From the IMG/VR virus record IMGVR_UViG_3300013021_000001: a stretch of DNA of 44,547 nucleotides; one strand, given 5' to 3'. The notes under the pieces were generated by a model, which had not been told where the DNA came from, searched no databases, and saw only the letters and a list, made by a program, of their open reading frames with translations. A program made the translations under genes and the position numbers. Origin of the DNA: a virus (lineage: Duplodnaviria > Heunggongvirae > Uroviricota > Caudoviricetes). Positions 25,840 through 35,577 of this stretch are shown here, in pieces; positions within the stretch are counted from its first letter, which is position 1, and each line of letters starts with the position of its first letter.

Positions 25840-27648
25840 ATGATAATTTTTGATTTAAATGATAAAGATGAGCTGGTTGTGCAGCCTACAGGAAGCAGGA
25901 ATCAATTTTTTAAAGCACTTGATTATATAAAAAGTATAAATGGAAGCAGCTACAACCCTGATATTAAGGAATGGACAATACCTAAGAACATGTCAAACAT
26001 TAAAAGGATACAAAATAAATTTATGACAGGCTCAAATTATGACATTTATGAATTGTCGGGTACCAAAGCTCCATATGTTAAGACTTCTGCTGATATATTC
26101 CTAAAAGAAATAGATGGAAATATAAAAAAGTTTATGAGAGACAAAGAAATTAACAGTTTGAACCTGACCTTGAAGGATTTTCAAAAACTTGGCGTTTCTA
26201 CAGCAATTCATTTTTTAGAAAAAGAAAACGGATTTTTAATAGCTGATGACATGGGGCTTGGTAAAACGATTCAGGCTCTCGCAGTAATCAACAGTTTAAA
26301 AAAGAGAGGTAAAATAAAAAAGGTTCTTGTCAGCTGTCCTAAAAACGTAAAGCTACAGTGGGGGCATGAAATAGAAAAATTCTCTGATTTAACCTTCACA
26401 GTTATAGATGGTTACAACAGAGATAAGCGATTTGAATGTTATGATGAAGATTCTGATATATTTATTATCAATCATGACTTGCTTATCAGCGATGATGATT
26501 TTGAGATGATTAAAAAGAAAATAAAGCCAGATTTAGTCGTGGCCGATGAAATTCATTACTTTAAATCTCACGGAGCACTAAGAACTAAGGCTATTAAAAA
26601 ATTAAAACCTAGATATCGCCTTGGGCTAACAGGTACTCCTATGCAAAACAAGCCTGTTGATGTACACAGTATATTTGAATTCTTATTACCTGGCTATTTG
26701 GGTAAGATAACAGATTTCAGAAAAGAATATGTATTATTTGATTACACCAGAGGTTATCCTGTATCTTACAGAAATCTTTTTGACTTGAAGAAAATTGTAG
26801 GCAAAAGAATGATTAGAAGAAAATCGGATGATTTAGATGAAGAATTACCAAAACCACATCACAGAATACACCTTGTAGAACAGGATATTCAGCAGTTTAG
26901 GGTTCATGAAGAGATAGAGCAAATGATAGATGGAGCAAAGCTTGAAGCTGATTCAATAGCTGACTCTAAGATGAAGAAAAGCAAAAAAGAAAAAGAGATG
27001 GAAGAGATTAGCGGTAAAATTATGGGACTTAAAAATATACAGGCTTCAGCAGCAGATGACTTAAGAACACTATCGATGTCAGAAGAAGTCTGGATACAGA
27101 AGCTTGTAAGTATAGATAGTAACTATACCTCACCAAAAACCAAAAAGCTAAAATCGCTTGTAAAAGCAATTGTTGATTACAATGATGACTTCAAGGTTAT
27201 AATATTTTCTCGTTTTGCCAGAATGGTAAATATACTAGAAGATGAGCTTTCTCAGATGCCAGAAGTTAAGAAAACAGCCAAAATCTACGGAGCTTTTAAT
27301 GAGAATAGAAGAGATGAAGAAATACAGAAATTCTTAAACGATGATGAATGTAGAATTATTATCATGTCCGATGCAGGTGCTGAGGGGTATAATTTGCAGA
27401 ATGCCAGCCATCTAATCAACTTTGATGAACCTTGGAACCCAGCAACCTTAGACCAAAGAAACGGTCGTATACGTCGTATAGGCTCTAAATGGAAGGATAT
27501 TTTCATTACTAATTTAATTACTAGAAATAGTGTAGACATTCAAATTCATGAAACAATTACTAAAAAGCGAAAGTACTTCGATAAAATTGTCGAAAATACT
27601 GACAGCCAAACAAAAGCGTTAAAGGAATTTTTAAAGAAGGTCATTTAA
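25840..27648 (+). CDS. SNF2-family helicase/ATPase
   Basis: ADDMGLGKT, DEIH, LTGTPMQN, IIFSRF, SDAGAEGYNLQ, WNPATLDQRNGRIRRIG. Confidence 0.95.
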   Translation: MIIFDLNDKDELVVQPTGSRNQFFKALDYIKSINGSSYNPDIKEWTIPKNMSNIKRIQNKFMTGSNYDIYELSGTKAPYVKTSADIFLKEIDGNIKKFMRDKEINSLNLTLKDFQKLGVSTAIHFLEKENGFLIADDMGLGKTIQALAVINSLKKRGKIKKVLVSCPKNVKLQWGHEIEKFSDLTFTVIDGYNRDKRFECYDEDSDIFIINHDLLISDDDFEMIKKKIKPDLVVADEIHYFKSHGALRTKAIKKLKPRYRLGLTGTPMQNKPVDVHSIFEFLLPGYLGKITDFRKEYVLFDYTRGYPVSYRNLFDLKKIVGKRMIRRKSDDLDEELPKPHHRIHLVEQDIQQFRVHEEIEQMIDGAKLEADSIADSKMKKSKKEKEMEEISGKIMGLKNIQASAADDLRTLSMSEEVWIQKLVSIDSNYTSPKTKKLKSLVKAIVDYNDDFKVIIFSRFARMVNILEDELSQMPEVKKTAKIYGAFNENRRDEEIQKFLNDDECRIIIMSDAGAEGYNLQNASHLINFDEPWNPATLDQRNGRIRRIGSKWKDIFITNLITRNSVDIQIHETITKKRKYFDKIVENTDSQTKALKEFLKKVI

Positions 27649-27662
27649 GAAAGGAGACCAAA

Positions 27663-27905
27663 ATGTATGAAAGATTAAATCCTGGAGACATGGTTTTAAT
27701 TAGAGATGATGCTGAGCATATTCCAGAAAATGTTAAAAGAAATCTTTATGTTGTAAACGCTGTTGAAAGAGAAGAAGAAAAGGGAGTAATAACAGAGCAG
27801 AATGTAAGCTTAAGAGAAATAGATGGTTTACCTATATTTATTGATGACGCTCCATATACTTCAATTTTTTTAGATTCAAAATATGTATATAAAAGAGGTA
27901 GTTAA
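27663..27905 (+). CDS. Hypothetical protein
   Basis: ORF with RBS. Confidence 0.7.
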   Translation: MYERLNPGDMVLIRDDAEHIPENVKRNLYVVNAVEREEEKGVITEQNVSLREIDGLPIFIDDAPYTSIFLDSKYVYKRGS

Positions 27906-27906
27906 A

Positions 27907-28113
27907 ATGAATTTATTTTTAATAGGACTTTTTGTAGGTGTTATAGCTGGAGCCCTGACAATAGGGCTTTTTGCAGGAGGCAAAATCACAAGCCTTGAAT
28001 CTGATTTAAGGTCTGCTAAGTCTCAAATTAAAATGTACCAGAAAGACTACATTGAGAACAATGCTAAAAGGAAGGTTCAGAATGAAAAAACCAAAAAAAG
28101 AAGTTCTGCTTAA
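27907..28113 (+). CDS. Small membrane-anchored protein
   Basis: LFLIGLFVGVIAGALTIGLF helix. Confidence 0.65.
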   Translation: MNLFLIGLFVGVIAGALTIGLFAGGKITSLESDLRSAKSQIKMYQKDYIENNAKRKVQNEKTKKRSSA

Positions 28114-28243
28114 GTGGAAAAAAGAAAAATGCGGAAGCTGTCCTTATCATATGAGAAATTTTAAAAAGAGTATTAATTGTGATGGAAGTTTCTACAGTAT
28201 CTTAAAAAAATGTGTATTCTGGAAGGAGGAAAAAAATGATTAG
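28082..28243 (+). CDS. Small Cys-containing protein
   Basis: CGSC...C...C. Confidence 0.5.
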   Translation: MKKPKKEVLLKWKKEKCGSCPYHMRNFKKSINCDGSFYSILKKCVFWKEEKND

Positions 28244-28619
28244 TACAATAGAAAAAGTTAAGACTGATATAGAAAATGTCAGAGACTTGTTGATTAGATT
28301 AAGCAGTAACTGGGAAAAAATGGACGACCACGAAAGAGAACAGCTTGAACAGGTTGCAGATGAAGTAGGGTTCTCTTATGATATTGAAGAGTTAACTTAT
28401 CAATTTAAACTTTTTAATGAACATGCAAAAAATACAACTGTGATAAATGGTGTGCAGGTTTATATTGATGACTACAATAGAATTTATATTATTGTTGGAA
28501 ATCAACAAAAGCGAATTGAAAGTCTTTCAGATTTAAGAGGGCAAATAAGGGGTAAATTTTTAGAACCAAATACTGCAACAGAAATTATGAGATGGTATAT
28601 CAATAGATATGTAGACTAA
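28236..28619 (+). CDS. Hypothetical protein
   Basis: Start after AGGAGG. Confidence 0.7.
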   Translation: MISTIEKVKTDIENVRDLLIRLSSNWEKMDDHEREQLEQVADEVGFSYDIEELTYQFKLFNEHAKNTTVINGVQVYIDDYNRIYIIVGNQQKRIESLSDLRGQIRGKFLEPNTATEIMRWYINRYVD

Positions 28620-28644
28620 AATTTATAAAAGGGAGCAATTTTAA

Positions 28645-28830
28645 ATGCCAAAATATAATGTAAGAACTAATATTCAAGGATATAAAGATATAGTATATGC
28701 AGCAAATGTCAAAGATGCAATAGAAAGTTTCAAAGAAAAACTAAATCTTGTCAACCAGGATAAAGAACCTGAGTTTGAAGTTATTGAGGTTTTCGACTTG
28801 GGTGTAAAAAAGGAGTGGGTCTTCAATTAG
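28645..28830 (+). CDS. Hypothetical protein
   Basis: ORF with RBS. Confidence 0.65.
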   Translation: MPKYNVRTNIQGYKDIVYAANVKDAIESFKEKLNLVNQDKEPEFEVIEVFDLGVKKEWVFN

Positions 28831-28898
28831 GGGTATTTTTTTATTTTATTAGTTTAGTTTAATTTTTTAAACAAATCTATAATTGGAGGTCAACAAAA

Positions 28899-29834
28899 TT
28901 GAATGTACTAAGCTTATTTGACGGAATTAGTTGCGGCCAGATTGCACTAGAAAAAAACGGAATAAAAGTTGATAAATATTATGCAAGCGAAATAGATAAA
29001 TATGCAGTAAAAATTACAAAGAAAAACTATCCAGAAACAATCCATGTTGGAGACATAAAAGAAATAGATGATAGTTTTATAAAAGAGATATCACCTATAC
29101 ATCTTTTAATTGGAGGTAGTCCCTGTCAAAACTTAAGCAGAGCAGTTATTAATCGTGACAGTTACAACCAGGGGCTTAAGGGAGAGAAATCAAAACTTTT
29201 TTATGAGTTTGTGAGGGTTCTTGACCTTGTAGAAAAATATAATCCAACTTTTAAATTTATGTTTGAAAATGTGGCCAGCATGAAAGATGAAGACAAAGAG
29301 ATTATATCAGAGACTCTTTATACAAAACCTCAATTAATAAATAGTGCTTTATTTTCAGCACAGGACAGAAAAAGATATTACTGGACAAACATTAACATAA
29401 ATAAAAAACCAGAAAAGAATACTCAAGTTTTAAGAGATATCTTAGAACCGGCAGATGTTGTTACAGAAATAGAAAATAACGGCAGAATGAATTTTTGGTA
29501 TGACGAAAAGCTAAAAATAGATATGAACAAAAGGGTAGTAGCTAAATTAAGTATATCAAGTTATGACACTATAAATAGAGTTTATAACCCTAATCATAAA
29601 TCACCTACTTTAACAACAGCACAGGGAGGACACAGACAGGCTAAGGTACTTCAAGACGGAAGAGCAAGAAAGTTGCTACCTATTGAATATGAAAGACTGC
29701 AAAATGTTCCAGACAACTACACTGAAGGCGTAAGCAATACCCAAAGATATAAGATGCTTGGAAATGGCTGGACAGTTAATGTTATCAGCTTTATATTTAA
29801 TAATTTAGTTCTAGAGGAGGAAAAAGTAGCTTAA
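28899..29834 (+). CDS. DNA (cytosine-5) methyltransferase
   Basis: LSLFDGISCG, GGSPCQ, FENV, QDRKRYYW, RYKMLGNGW. Confidence 0.95.
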   Translation: MNVLSLFDGISCGQIALEKNGIKVDKYYASEIDKYAVKITKKNYPETIHVGDIKEIDDSFIKEISPIHLLIGGSPCQNLSRAVINRDSYNQGLKGEKSKLFYEFVRVLDLVEKYNPTFKFMFENVASMKDEDKEIISETLYTKPQLINSALFSAQDRKRYYWTNININKKPEKNTQVLRDILEPADVVTEIENNGRMNFWYDEKLKIDMNKRVVAKLSISSYDTINRVYNPNHKSPTLTTAQGGHRQAKVLQDGRARKLLPIEYERLQNVPDNYTEGVSNTQRYKMLGNGWTVNVISFIFNNLVLEEEKVA

Positions 29835-29853
29835 GAATTCAGGTGATAAAAAA

Positions 29854-30147
29854 ATGAAAAAGAAAATAAAAGAACTTATAAGAAGAAGACGAAGACAAAT
29901 CTTAGTACACAGCTGTATTTACTATAGATTTGGAACAAGCATTGTTGAAGATAGCACATTCGATGAGTGGGCTTATGAACTTGTTGAATTGCAGAAAAAT
30001 AATCCAGAAATATCAAAATCAACTCTCCTGTATGATGAATTTAAAGATTTTGACGGCTCAACAGGCTTTGATTTACCAACAGGAGAGCCATGGGTTGTTG
30101 ACAAAGCATATCGATTAATAAAAGAAGAAAAGATAAGGAGTAAATAA
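29854..30147 (+). CDS. Stand-alone protein resembling the N-terminal (Ia) domain of NAD-dependent DNA ligase
   Basis: HSCIYY...IVEDSTFDEWAYELVELQKNNP resembles LigA H..YY..D.P...D.EYD.L..EL..LE. Confidence 0.7.
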   Translation: MKKKIKELIRRRRRQILVHSCIYYRFGTSIVEDSTFDEWAYELVELQKNNPEISKSTLLYDEFKDFDGSTGFDLPTGEPWVVDKAYRLIKEEKIRSK

Positions 30148-30148
30148 G

Positions 30149-30475
30149 ATGGATATAAAAAATATGTCTTATGAGAAGTTTAAAAATTTAGAGTTTAAGT
30201 GTTTTAAAAAAAATTACGAAATAGATTGGGATAATCACTGCTATAATCCCGAAAAACACAACTGCACAGGAGGCTGTCAGGGTTGTTCTGACTGTCTTTT
30301 AGCTAAACATTACAGAGGAGAGCTTAAAGAAAGACCAACAGTAAATGAGATGATAGAGAGCATCTATTTACAGGAATACACTAGCATCGCTTTTAATAAA
30401 TTTATGGAAACTGATGAGGGCAAAGAAATAACAAGACAGCTTAAAGAAGATATTAAAGAATATTTTGGGGGGTAA
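30149..30475 (+). CDS. Hypothetical Cys-cluster protein
   Basis: ORF in operon. Confidence 0.7.
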   Translation: MDIKNMSYEKFKNLEFKCFKKNYEIDWDNHCYNPEKHNCTGGCQGCSDCLLAKHYRGELKERPTVNEMIESIYLQEYTSIAFNKFMETDEGKEITRQLKEDIKEYFGG

Positions 30476-30481
30476 ATAAAA

Positions 30482-30637
30482 ATGACTGAAGCTTTTATAA
30501 CATTAGACGAAGTAGTTTGTCCAGAATGCGGAAGTGATAATTATGACGAAATTATGAAAACTGCACCAGATGAGTTCTTATTAAACTGCAATTCTTGTAA
30601 TGAAGAATTTGAAGTTGTGATAATGAGTATGTTTTAA
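30482..30637 (+). CDS. 51-aa Zn-ribbon protein (below track cutoff)
   Basis: CPECGS...CNSC; GGGGG RBS. Confidence 0.65.
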   Translation: MTEAFITLDEVVCPECGSDNYDEIMKTAPDEFLLNCNSCNEEFEVVIMSMF

Positions 30638-30650
30638 AGGAGGAAAAATA

Positions 30651-31418
30651 TTGAATGAAATAACTAATACAGAACAGTACAATAACTCGATGTCAAAAAG
30701 TGTCTTAGATAAGATGTTTTTCTTAGATAAGATACCGGACGATGTCGTTATTGTAGATTGGGGTTGTGCTGACGGCTCTTTACTAAAAGAAGTTATGCGT
30801 TTTTTTCCTGATAATAAATATGTCGGCTATGATATAGATGAAAAGATGGCCGAAAAAGCAAGAGAGAACACAAATGCAAAAATTTTTTTCAATTTCACAA
30901 GAATGTTTAAATTTCTAAATGAAAATTACAAGAAAGAAAAAATAGTTATTAATTTATCTTCTGTTGTTCATGAAGTTTACTCTTATAGAAATGTGGAAGA
31001 AATTGATGATTTTTGGGCAACAGTATTTGCACTAGCAGATATTGTTGTTATTCGTGACATGATATTTGAACAGAGTATGGACCGGGCGAGCAATCCTAAT
31101 GATGTTAAGAAGATACGCTCTAAATCAGATAGAAGATACCTTCAGGATTATGAGTCAATTGAAGGTTCTATTAAAAATAATAAGAATCTTATTCACTACC
31201 TGATGAAATATCGTTATAAAGATAACTGGGAGCGTGAAGTAAGGGAGAACTACTTTCCTCTATCACGGGAAAGGCTTGATATGTTGATTCCAGACAACTT
31301 CATGATTCGCTATGAAACTATGTTTGCCCTGCCCTACACTCAAAGGGTTGTAGAGCGGGACTTTGGTATCGAAATCAAAGATAATACACATTTAAAAATG
31401 ATTTTAGAAAAAATATAA
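30651..31418 (+). CDS. Class I SAM-dependent methyltransferase
   Basis: IVDWGCADGSLL, VGYDID, NLSSVVHE. Confidence 0.8.
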   Translation: MNEITNTEQYNNSMSKSVLDKMFFLDKIPDDVVIVDWGCADGSLLKEVMRFFPDNKYVGYDIDEKMAEKARENTNAKIFFNFTRMFKFLNENYKKEKIVINLSSVVHEVYSYRNVEEIDDFWATVFALADIVVIRDMIFEQSMDRASNPNDVKKIRSKSDRRYLQDYESIEGSIKNNKNLIHYLMKYRYKDNWEREVRENYFPLSRERLDMLIPDNFMIRYETMFALPYTQRVVERDFGIEIKDNTHLKMILEKI

Positions 31419-31432
31419 AAGGGTGAGATAAT

Positions 31433-32767
31433 ATGCTGGACCTTATATCAGAAGAAGAATTAAATAAAAAGCGCAGCTATAAAGATATAGATAAGGACAA
31501 TGGAGAGAGGTTAAGAGAGCTTATCGAGGATAAATTTTTAAATCAGATTGAATTAGCTGAGTATTTTAATTGTTGCACTGATACTATTAGACAAAAAATA
31601 AAAAAGTACAATTTAAATTATAGGAAAAAATCAAACAAGCAGTTTAAATATGAAGTAAATAAATTAGTTGGTGATGAATACACTGTTTTGGGAGAATATA
31701 TTAATTCTGATATTAAAATAAAAATTAAACATAATAAATGTGGGAATATATATAACACAAAACCAATAAACTTTTTAAAGGGACGTAGATGTCCTAAATG
31801 TTGTTGGAATGCTCAAAAAACAACAAATAAATTTAAAAAAGAAGTTTATAAATTAGTTGGTGATGAATACACTGTTTTGGGAGAATATATTAATTCTGAT
31901 ATTAAAATAAAAATGAAACACAATAAATGTGGCTATTTATATACTATTGAGCCAACTAATTTTTTGCAAGGGACAAGATGCGCTAAATGTGCTGGAAACG
32001 CTAAAAAAACAACAGAAGAATTTAAAAAAGAAGTTTATGAATTAGTTGGTGGTGAATACACTGTTTTAGGAGAATATAATAATTGTCAAACTGAAATAAA
32101 AATTAAACATAATGAATGTGGGCATATATATAAAATAAAACCCTCTAGTTTTTTAATAGGAACAATATGCCCTAAATGTCGTTGGAATGGAAGAAAAACA
32201 ACAGAAGAATTTAAAAAAGAAGTTTATGAATTAGTTGGTGATGAATATACTGTTTTAGGAGAATATGCTAGTAATAAAACTAAAATTAAAATGAGACATA
32301 ATAAATGTGGACATATATATAAAGTAAAACCACAAAAATTTTTACAAGGAAGTAGGTGTCCAATTTGTAGTTTAGCTTCTAAATCAGAATTAAAAATATT
32401 TAATTGGTTAAATGATAAAAATTATAATTTTAAATATAATTATACTAATCATAAATGCGAAGACAAAAGAAAATTAAGATTTGATTTTTATTTGGATAAT
32501 TTAATAATAGAATATGACGGTTTACAACATTTTAAAAAAGAAGATTTTTTTAGAACCAATTTAAAAATTAGAAGAAGAAGAGACAACATCAAAAACCAGT
32601 ACTGTAAAGAAAACGATATAAGGTTAATACGCATTCCCTACTGGCAGAAAGACAATATAGAAAATATTTTAGAATCAATCTTTATAAATGAGGAGTTAAA
32701 TCAAAGATGGTCATTAAAAGAATACTGGTCAGAAAATAAGGATATTGATTATTTAGTTGTATGTTAA
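31433..32767 (+). CDS. Putative homing endonuclease: HTH, four 63-aa Zn-ribbon repeats, C-terminal Vsr/DUF559-like PD-(D/E)XK nuclease
   Basis: Repeats KH..CG..Y...P..FL.G..CP.C at 189-bp period; SELKI...RFDFY..LIIEYDG.QH...RD..K..YC....I.LIRIPYW. Confidence 0.85.
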   Translation: MLDLISEEELNKKRSYKDIDKDNGERLRELIEDKFLNQIELAEYFNCCTDTIRQKIKKYNLNYRKKSNKQFKYEVNKLVGDEYTVLGEYINSDIKIKIKHNKCGNIYNTKPINFLKGRRCPKCCWNAQKTTNKFKKEVYKLVGDEYTVLGEYINSDIKIKMKHNKCGYLYTIEPTNFLQGTRCAKCAGNAKKTTEEFKKEVYELVGGEYTVLGEYNNCQTEIKIKHNECGHIYKIKPSSFLIGTICPKCRWNGRKTTEEFKKEVYELVGDEYTVLGEYASNKTKIKMRHNKCGHIYKVKPQKFLQGSRCPICSLASKSELKIFNWLNDKNYNFKYNYTNHKCEDKRKLRFDFYLDNLIIEYDGLQHFKKEDFFRTNLKIRRRRDNIKNQYCKENDIRLIRIPYWQKDNIENILESIFINEELNQRWSLKEYWSENKDIDYLVVC

Positions 32768-32786
32768 AGATAAAAGGGGGTAAAAA

Positions 32787-33005
32787 ATGAATAACAACTC
32801 AAAAATAATGGAAAAGTTGGCAGGAGAAATTGCTATTACAAATCCAGATGAATATTCTGATAAAGCCATAAATTTATACAAATCAATGGATTCAAAAGAG
32901 CAAAAAGCGGTAGATAATTTTATTATGGAATATGCTGGTGTCAGTCTTGATTTTTATCTTAAAGAAGAAGATAAAAGATTGTGGGGTTCAGGTGATAAAA
33001 AATGA
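32787..33005 (+). CDS. Hypothetical protein
   Basis: ORF with RBS. Confidence 0.7.
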   Translation: MNNNSKIMEKLAGEIAITNPDEYSDKAINLYKSMDSKEQKAVDNFIMEYAGVSLDFYLKEEDKRLWGSGDKK

Positions 33006-33631
33006 GAAAAGTAGTACATGGATGGTTGGTTAATTTCACTGACGATAACGGTGACCAACAAACTCTTGAATACTGTGATAAAGAATATATGATGGCACAC
33101 CTTTCTAATGATATAGAAAATTCATCAATGCCAGAAAATGTTTTTATTATACCTCCAGGAGAAGCTATTAAGGCAATTGATTTTTTAAAAAGAGAAAGAA
33201 AAAAAGAAAATTACTTTAAAAAAAGGTATCAGAATATATTAGGAAATTATGTAATTGGTTTAGAAAAATTCCCTATTAAATTTGATATTGGTGATTTACA
33301 CCAATCTGATTATGCAGTAACAGGGGATTTTGCAGATTACCAGGGAGTTTTAAGTCTTAAAAATGGTGGCTATATAGAAGTATGGGCTGCTTTAGAGTAT
33401 AAAGAACATGAATCAGGTGCTACAGGCGCATTCTTAAATAGTATAATTTTTGAAGACAATCAACAAAATATATACTATGAAAACGAAAACTTAATGTCAG
33501 CTTTTATGCTACAAAAATTATGGTTTTTTGTTAAAGATGTAGTTGATGTTATTTTCGATGAAGATGAACTCTTGAACGAAAACGAAAGAGAAATTTATTA
33601 TAGCTTTGGCTTTTGTCCTAGACTTAAATAA
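33002..33631 (+). CDS. Hypothetical protein
   Basis: 209 aa ORF, overlaps upstream stop. Confidence 0.75.
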   Translation: MRKVVHGWLVNFTDDNGDQQTLEYCDKEYMMAHLSNDIENSSMPENVFIIPPGEAIKAIDFLKRERKKENYFKKRYQNILGNYVIGLEKFPIKFDIGDLHQSDYAVTGDFADYQGVLSLKNGGYIEVWAALEYKEHESGATGAFLNSIIFEDNQQNIYYENENLMSAFMLQKLWFFVKDVVDVIFDEDELLNENEREIYYSFGFCPRLK

Positions 33632-33651
33632 AAAAATAGGAGGAATAAATT

Positions 33652-34098
33652 ATGAAAATGGAAAGAAGTAATTATGCTGATGGTGTTCTGATAGAAAAGA
33701 CAGACTTAAGAGAGTTCTTAGAGAATAACGAAAGTGAAAGATGGGAGATTTATAATGTCGATGATATGCCAGACAGTTATTATTTAAAATTAGAATCAGG
33801 AGTTATTGAAGCTGACAAGCTAAAAACTAAATCAACATTTTTAACAAAGCATAACGCAACCTCAACTGCAAATCATATTATGGATAAACTTAATATGAAA
33901 AAGAATGAGGATACACTTTATTTTGTTGACAGACCGGCTTACCTTTTAATAGGTGAAAAATTAGAGCTAATCAGAAGTATAAAATATAAAAATCTAGCTT
34001 TTAACCCAGTTAGAGATGTTGAAAGTTTTAAAATTGCAATTGAATGTTTAGCTGACTCTAAATATGAACATTTCTTAGATGTAAGTGAGGGACTATAA
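33652..34098 (+). CDS. Hypothetical protein
   Basis: AGGAGG RBS. Confidence 0.75.
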   Translation: MKMERSNYADGVLIEKTDLREFLENNESERWEIYNVDDMPDSYYLKLESGVIEADKLKTKSTFLTKHNATSTANHIMDKLNMKKNEDTLYFVDRPAYLLIGEKLELIRSIKYKNLAFNPVRDVESFKIAIECLADSKYEHFLDVSEGL

Positions 34099-34109
34099 GG
34101 AGGTGTCAA

Positions 34110-34736
34110 ATGAAAAATAAAAAAGAAAAGTTTGAGTTTGGGAGTGTATCAGGAACCTGTGATACAAGTCTAGAAGATTTTATTTTAGTCGAAGATGCTG
34201 ATTACCACAAAAGTTATATTTCAAAAAAGGTCTATCAGCACAGAGAACCCGACCTTAATTTTGATTATAGGTATGTACTACACGGAAGTTTTTGGGAAGG
34301 CTACCTTATTAAAGAGATTTTTGGCATTGACCCTTATGATTTTGAAGACCAACCTTTAAGTATTGATATCTATATGGTTCCTACTTTGGACAGCCTTTCA
34401 GATGAAACCATATCTGATATTATGAGCGCTTACGGCTGGGAGGGTGAATGGAAGAATTTCGAAACAGACTTCATTGAATATATAATCGTTGAGACCGGAT
34501 ACGGAATGCGAATGGATGGCTCTGAAGACTTAATCAGATACGAGGATATGGATGAAGAGTTCTTCAATGCAGCAAATGCTATAACAGCTATTGATGGATT
34601 ATTTGGGTTTTATATGGACCAGGTTGTAAATGGTATCGGGACAACCAACTGGGATTTATTACAGGAACGACTAGAAATAATTGATAATGCCTTTTCTGTA
34701 TCATTAGATAGAGCCGCTAAAACTATAAATGCTTAA
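34110..34736 (+). CDS. Hypothetical highly acidic protein
   Basis: AGGAGG RBS; D/E-rich. Confidence 0.75.
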   Translation: MKNKKEKFEFGSVSGTCDTSLEDFILVEDADYHKSYISKKVYQHREPDLNFDYRYVLHGSFWEGYLIKEIFGIDPYDFEDQPLSIDIYMVPTLDSLSDETISDIMSAYGWEGEWKNFETDFIEYIIVETGYGMRMDGSEDLIRYEDMDEEFFNAANAITAIDGLFGFYMDQVVNGIGTTNWDLLQERLEIIDNAFSVSLDRAAKTINA

Positions 34737-34750
34737 AGGAGGTGAATTAG

Positions 34751-35023
34751 ATGGCTGCAGGACCAAAACGTTTAATTGAATACTATATTGAAACCTTAGA
34801 AAATCAAAAAGAATCAATAAAAGAATTAAATACAGGTCTGGAATATGCTCCGGGCTGGTCAGTAATGCATGACATGGACAGCTGGTTTGATATCAAAGAA
34901 AGTATTGAAAAAATAGATAAGGAAATCAGGGAAGCTCTTCAAATTTTAAATTACGAGTTGCCACAATACGAAGATAAAACTTATGAAGAAATGGCAGATG
35001 AAAAGTACGGGACACCAAAATAA
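34751..35023 (+). CDS. Hypothetical acidic protein
   Basis: AGGAGG RBS. Confidence 0.75.
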   Translation: MAAGPKRLIEYYIETLENQKESIKELNTGLEYAPGWSVMHDMDSWFDIKESIEKIDKEIREALQILNYELPQYEDKTYEEMADEKYGTPK

Positions 35024-35038
35024 AAGGAGGTTTTTAAT

Positions 35039-35557
35039 TTGATTAAATTTAAAGAATATAATTTTGATGTTATAACAGGCAGAGAACAGGAAATGCTAGA
35101 TGACTTTGTAGATATGGAAGGGATAAGCGAAACTGATTATATCGGCGATGCTATTGCAGAATACGGGGACAGATATGCAGATGTTTACTGGGAAAAAGGA
35201 AAAGAGCTGCAGGGTTATGTTAAAGAAGCAATGAGAAACGGTTTAGTTGATATGTCTCAGCCTTTTACTGATTTAGATGATGCCTTTTTTAGTGGATGCT
35301 CTTTATATCTAACAGATGTTTTATATGACAATTTATACCAGCTTGTTTTTAATATAGCTGCTGATTATATCAATAAAGATTTGGATATCCACCCAAAAAT
35401 AAAGAGATTTATTAATGATAATCAGAAAATGGTTGAAGATAAACTTGAAATGGAATTAGACCACATCGACAATAACAGTCGCTTTGAAAGAATAATTATT
35501 GCTGCCGATAATTTATTAGAAGAATACCACTCATCTGGAGAACTTGCTGGTTATTAA
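35039..35557 (+). CDS. Ocr (T7 gp0.3)-like DNA-mimic anti-restriction candidate
   Basis: EMLDD..D..GISETDYIGDAIAEYGDRYADVY...GLVD...DLDD pattern resembles Ocr as recalled; very acidic. Confidence 0.55.
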   Translation: MIKFKEYNFDVITGREQEMLDDFVDMEGISETDYIGDAIAEYGDRYADVYWEKGKELQGYVKEAMRNGLVDMSQPFTDLDDAFFSGCSLYLTDVLYDNLYQLVFNIAADYINKDLDIHPKIKRFINDNQKMVEDKLEMELDHIDNNSRFERIIIAADNLLEEYHSSGELAGY

Positions 35558-35577
35558 TATTTAAAAGGAGGGTTACA

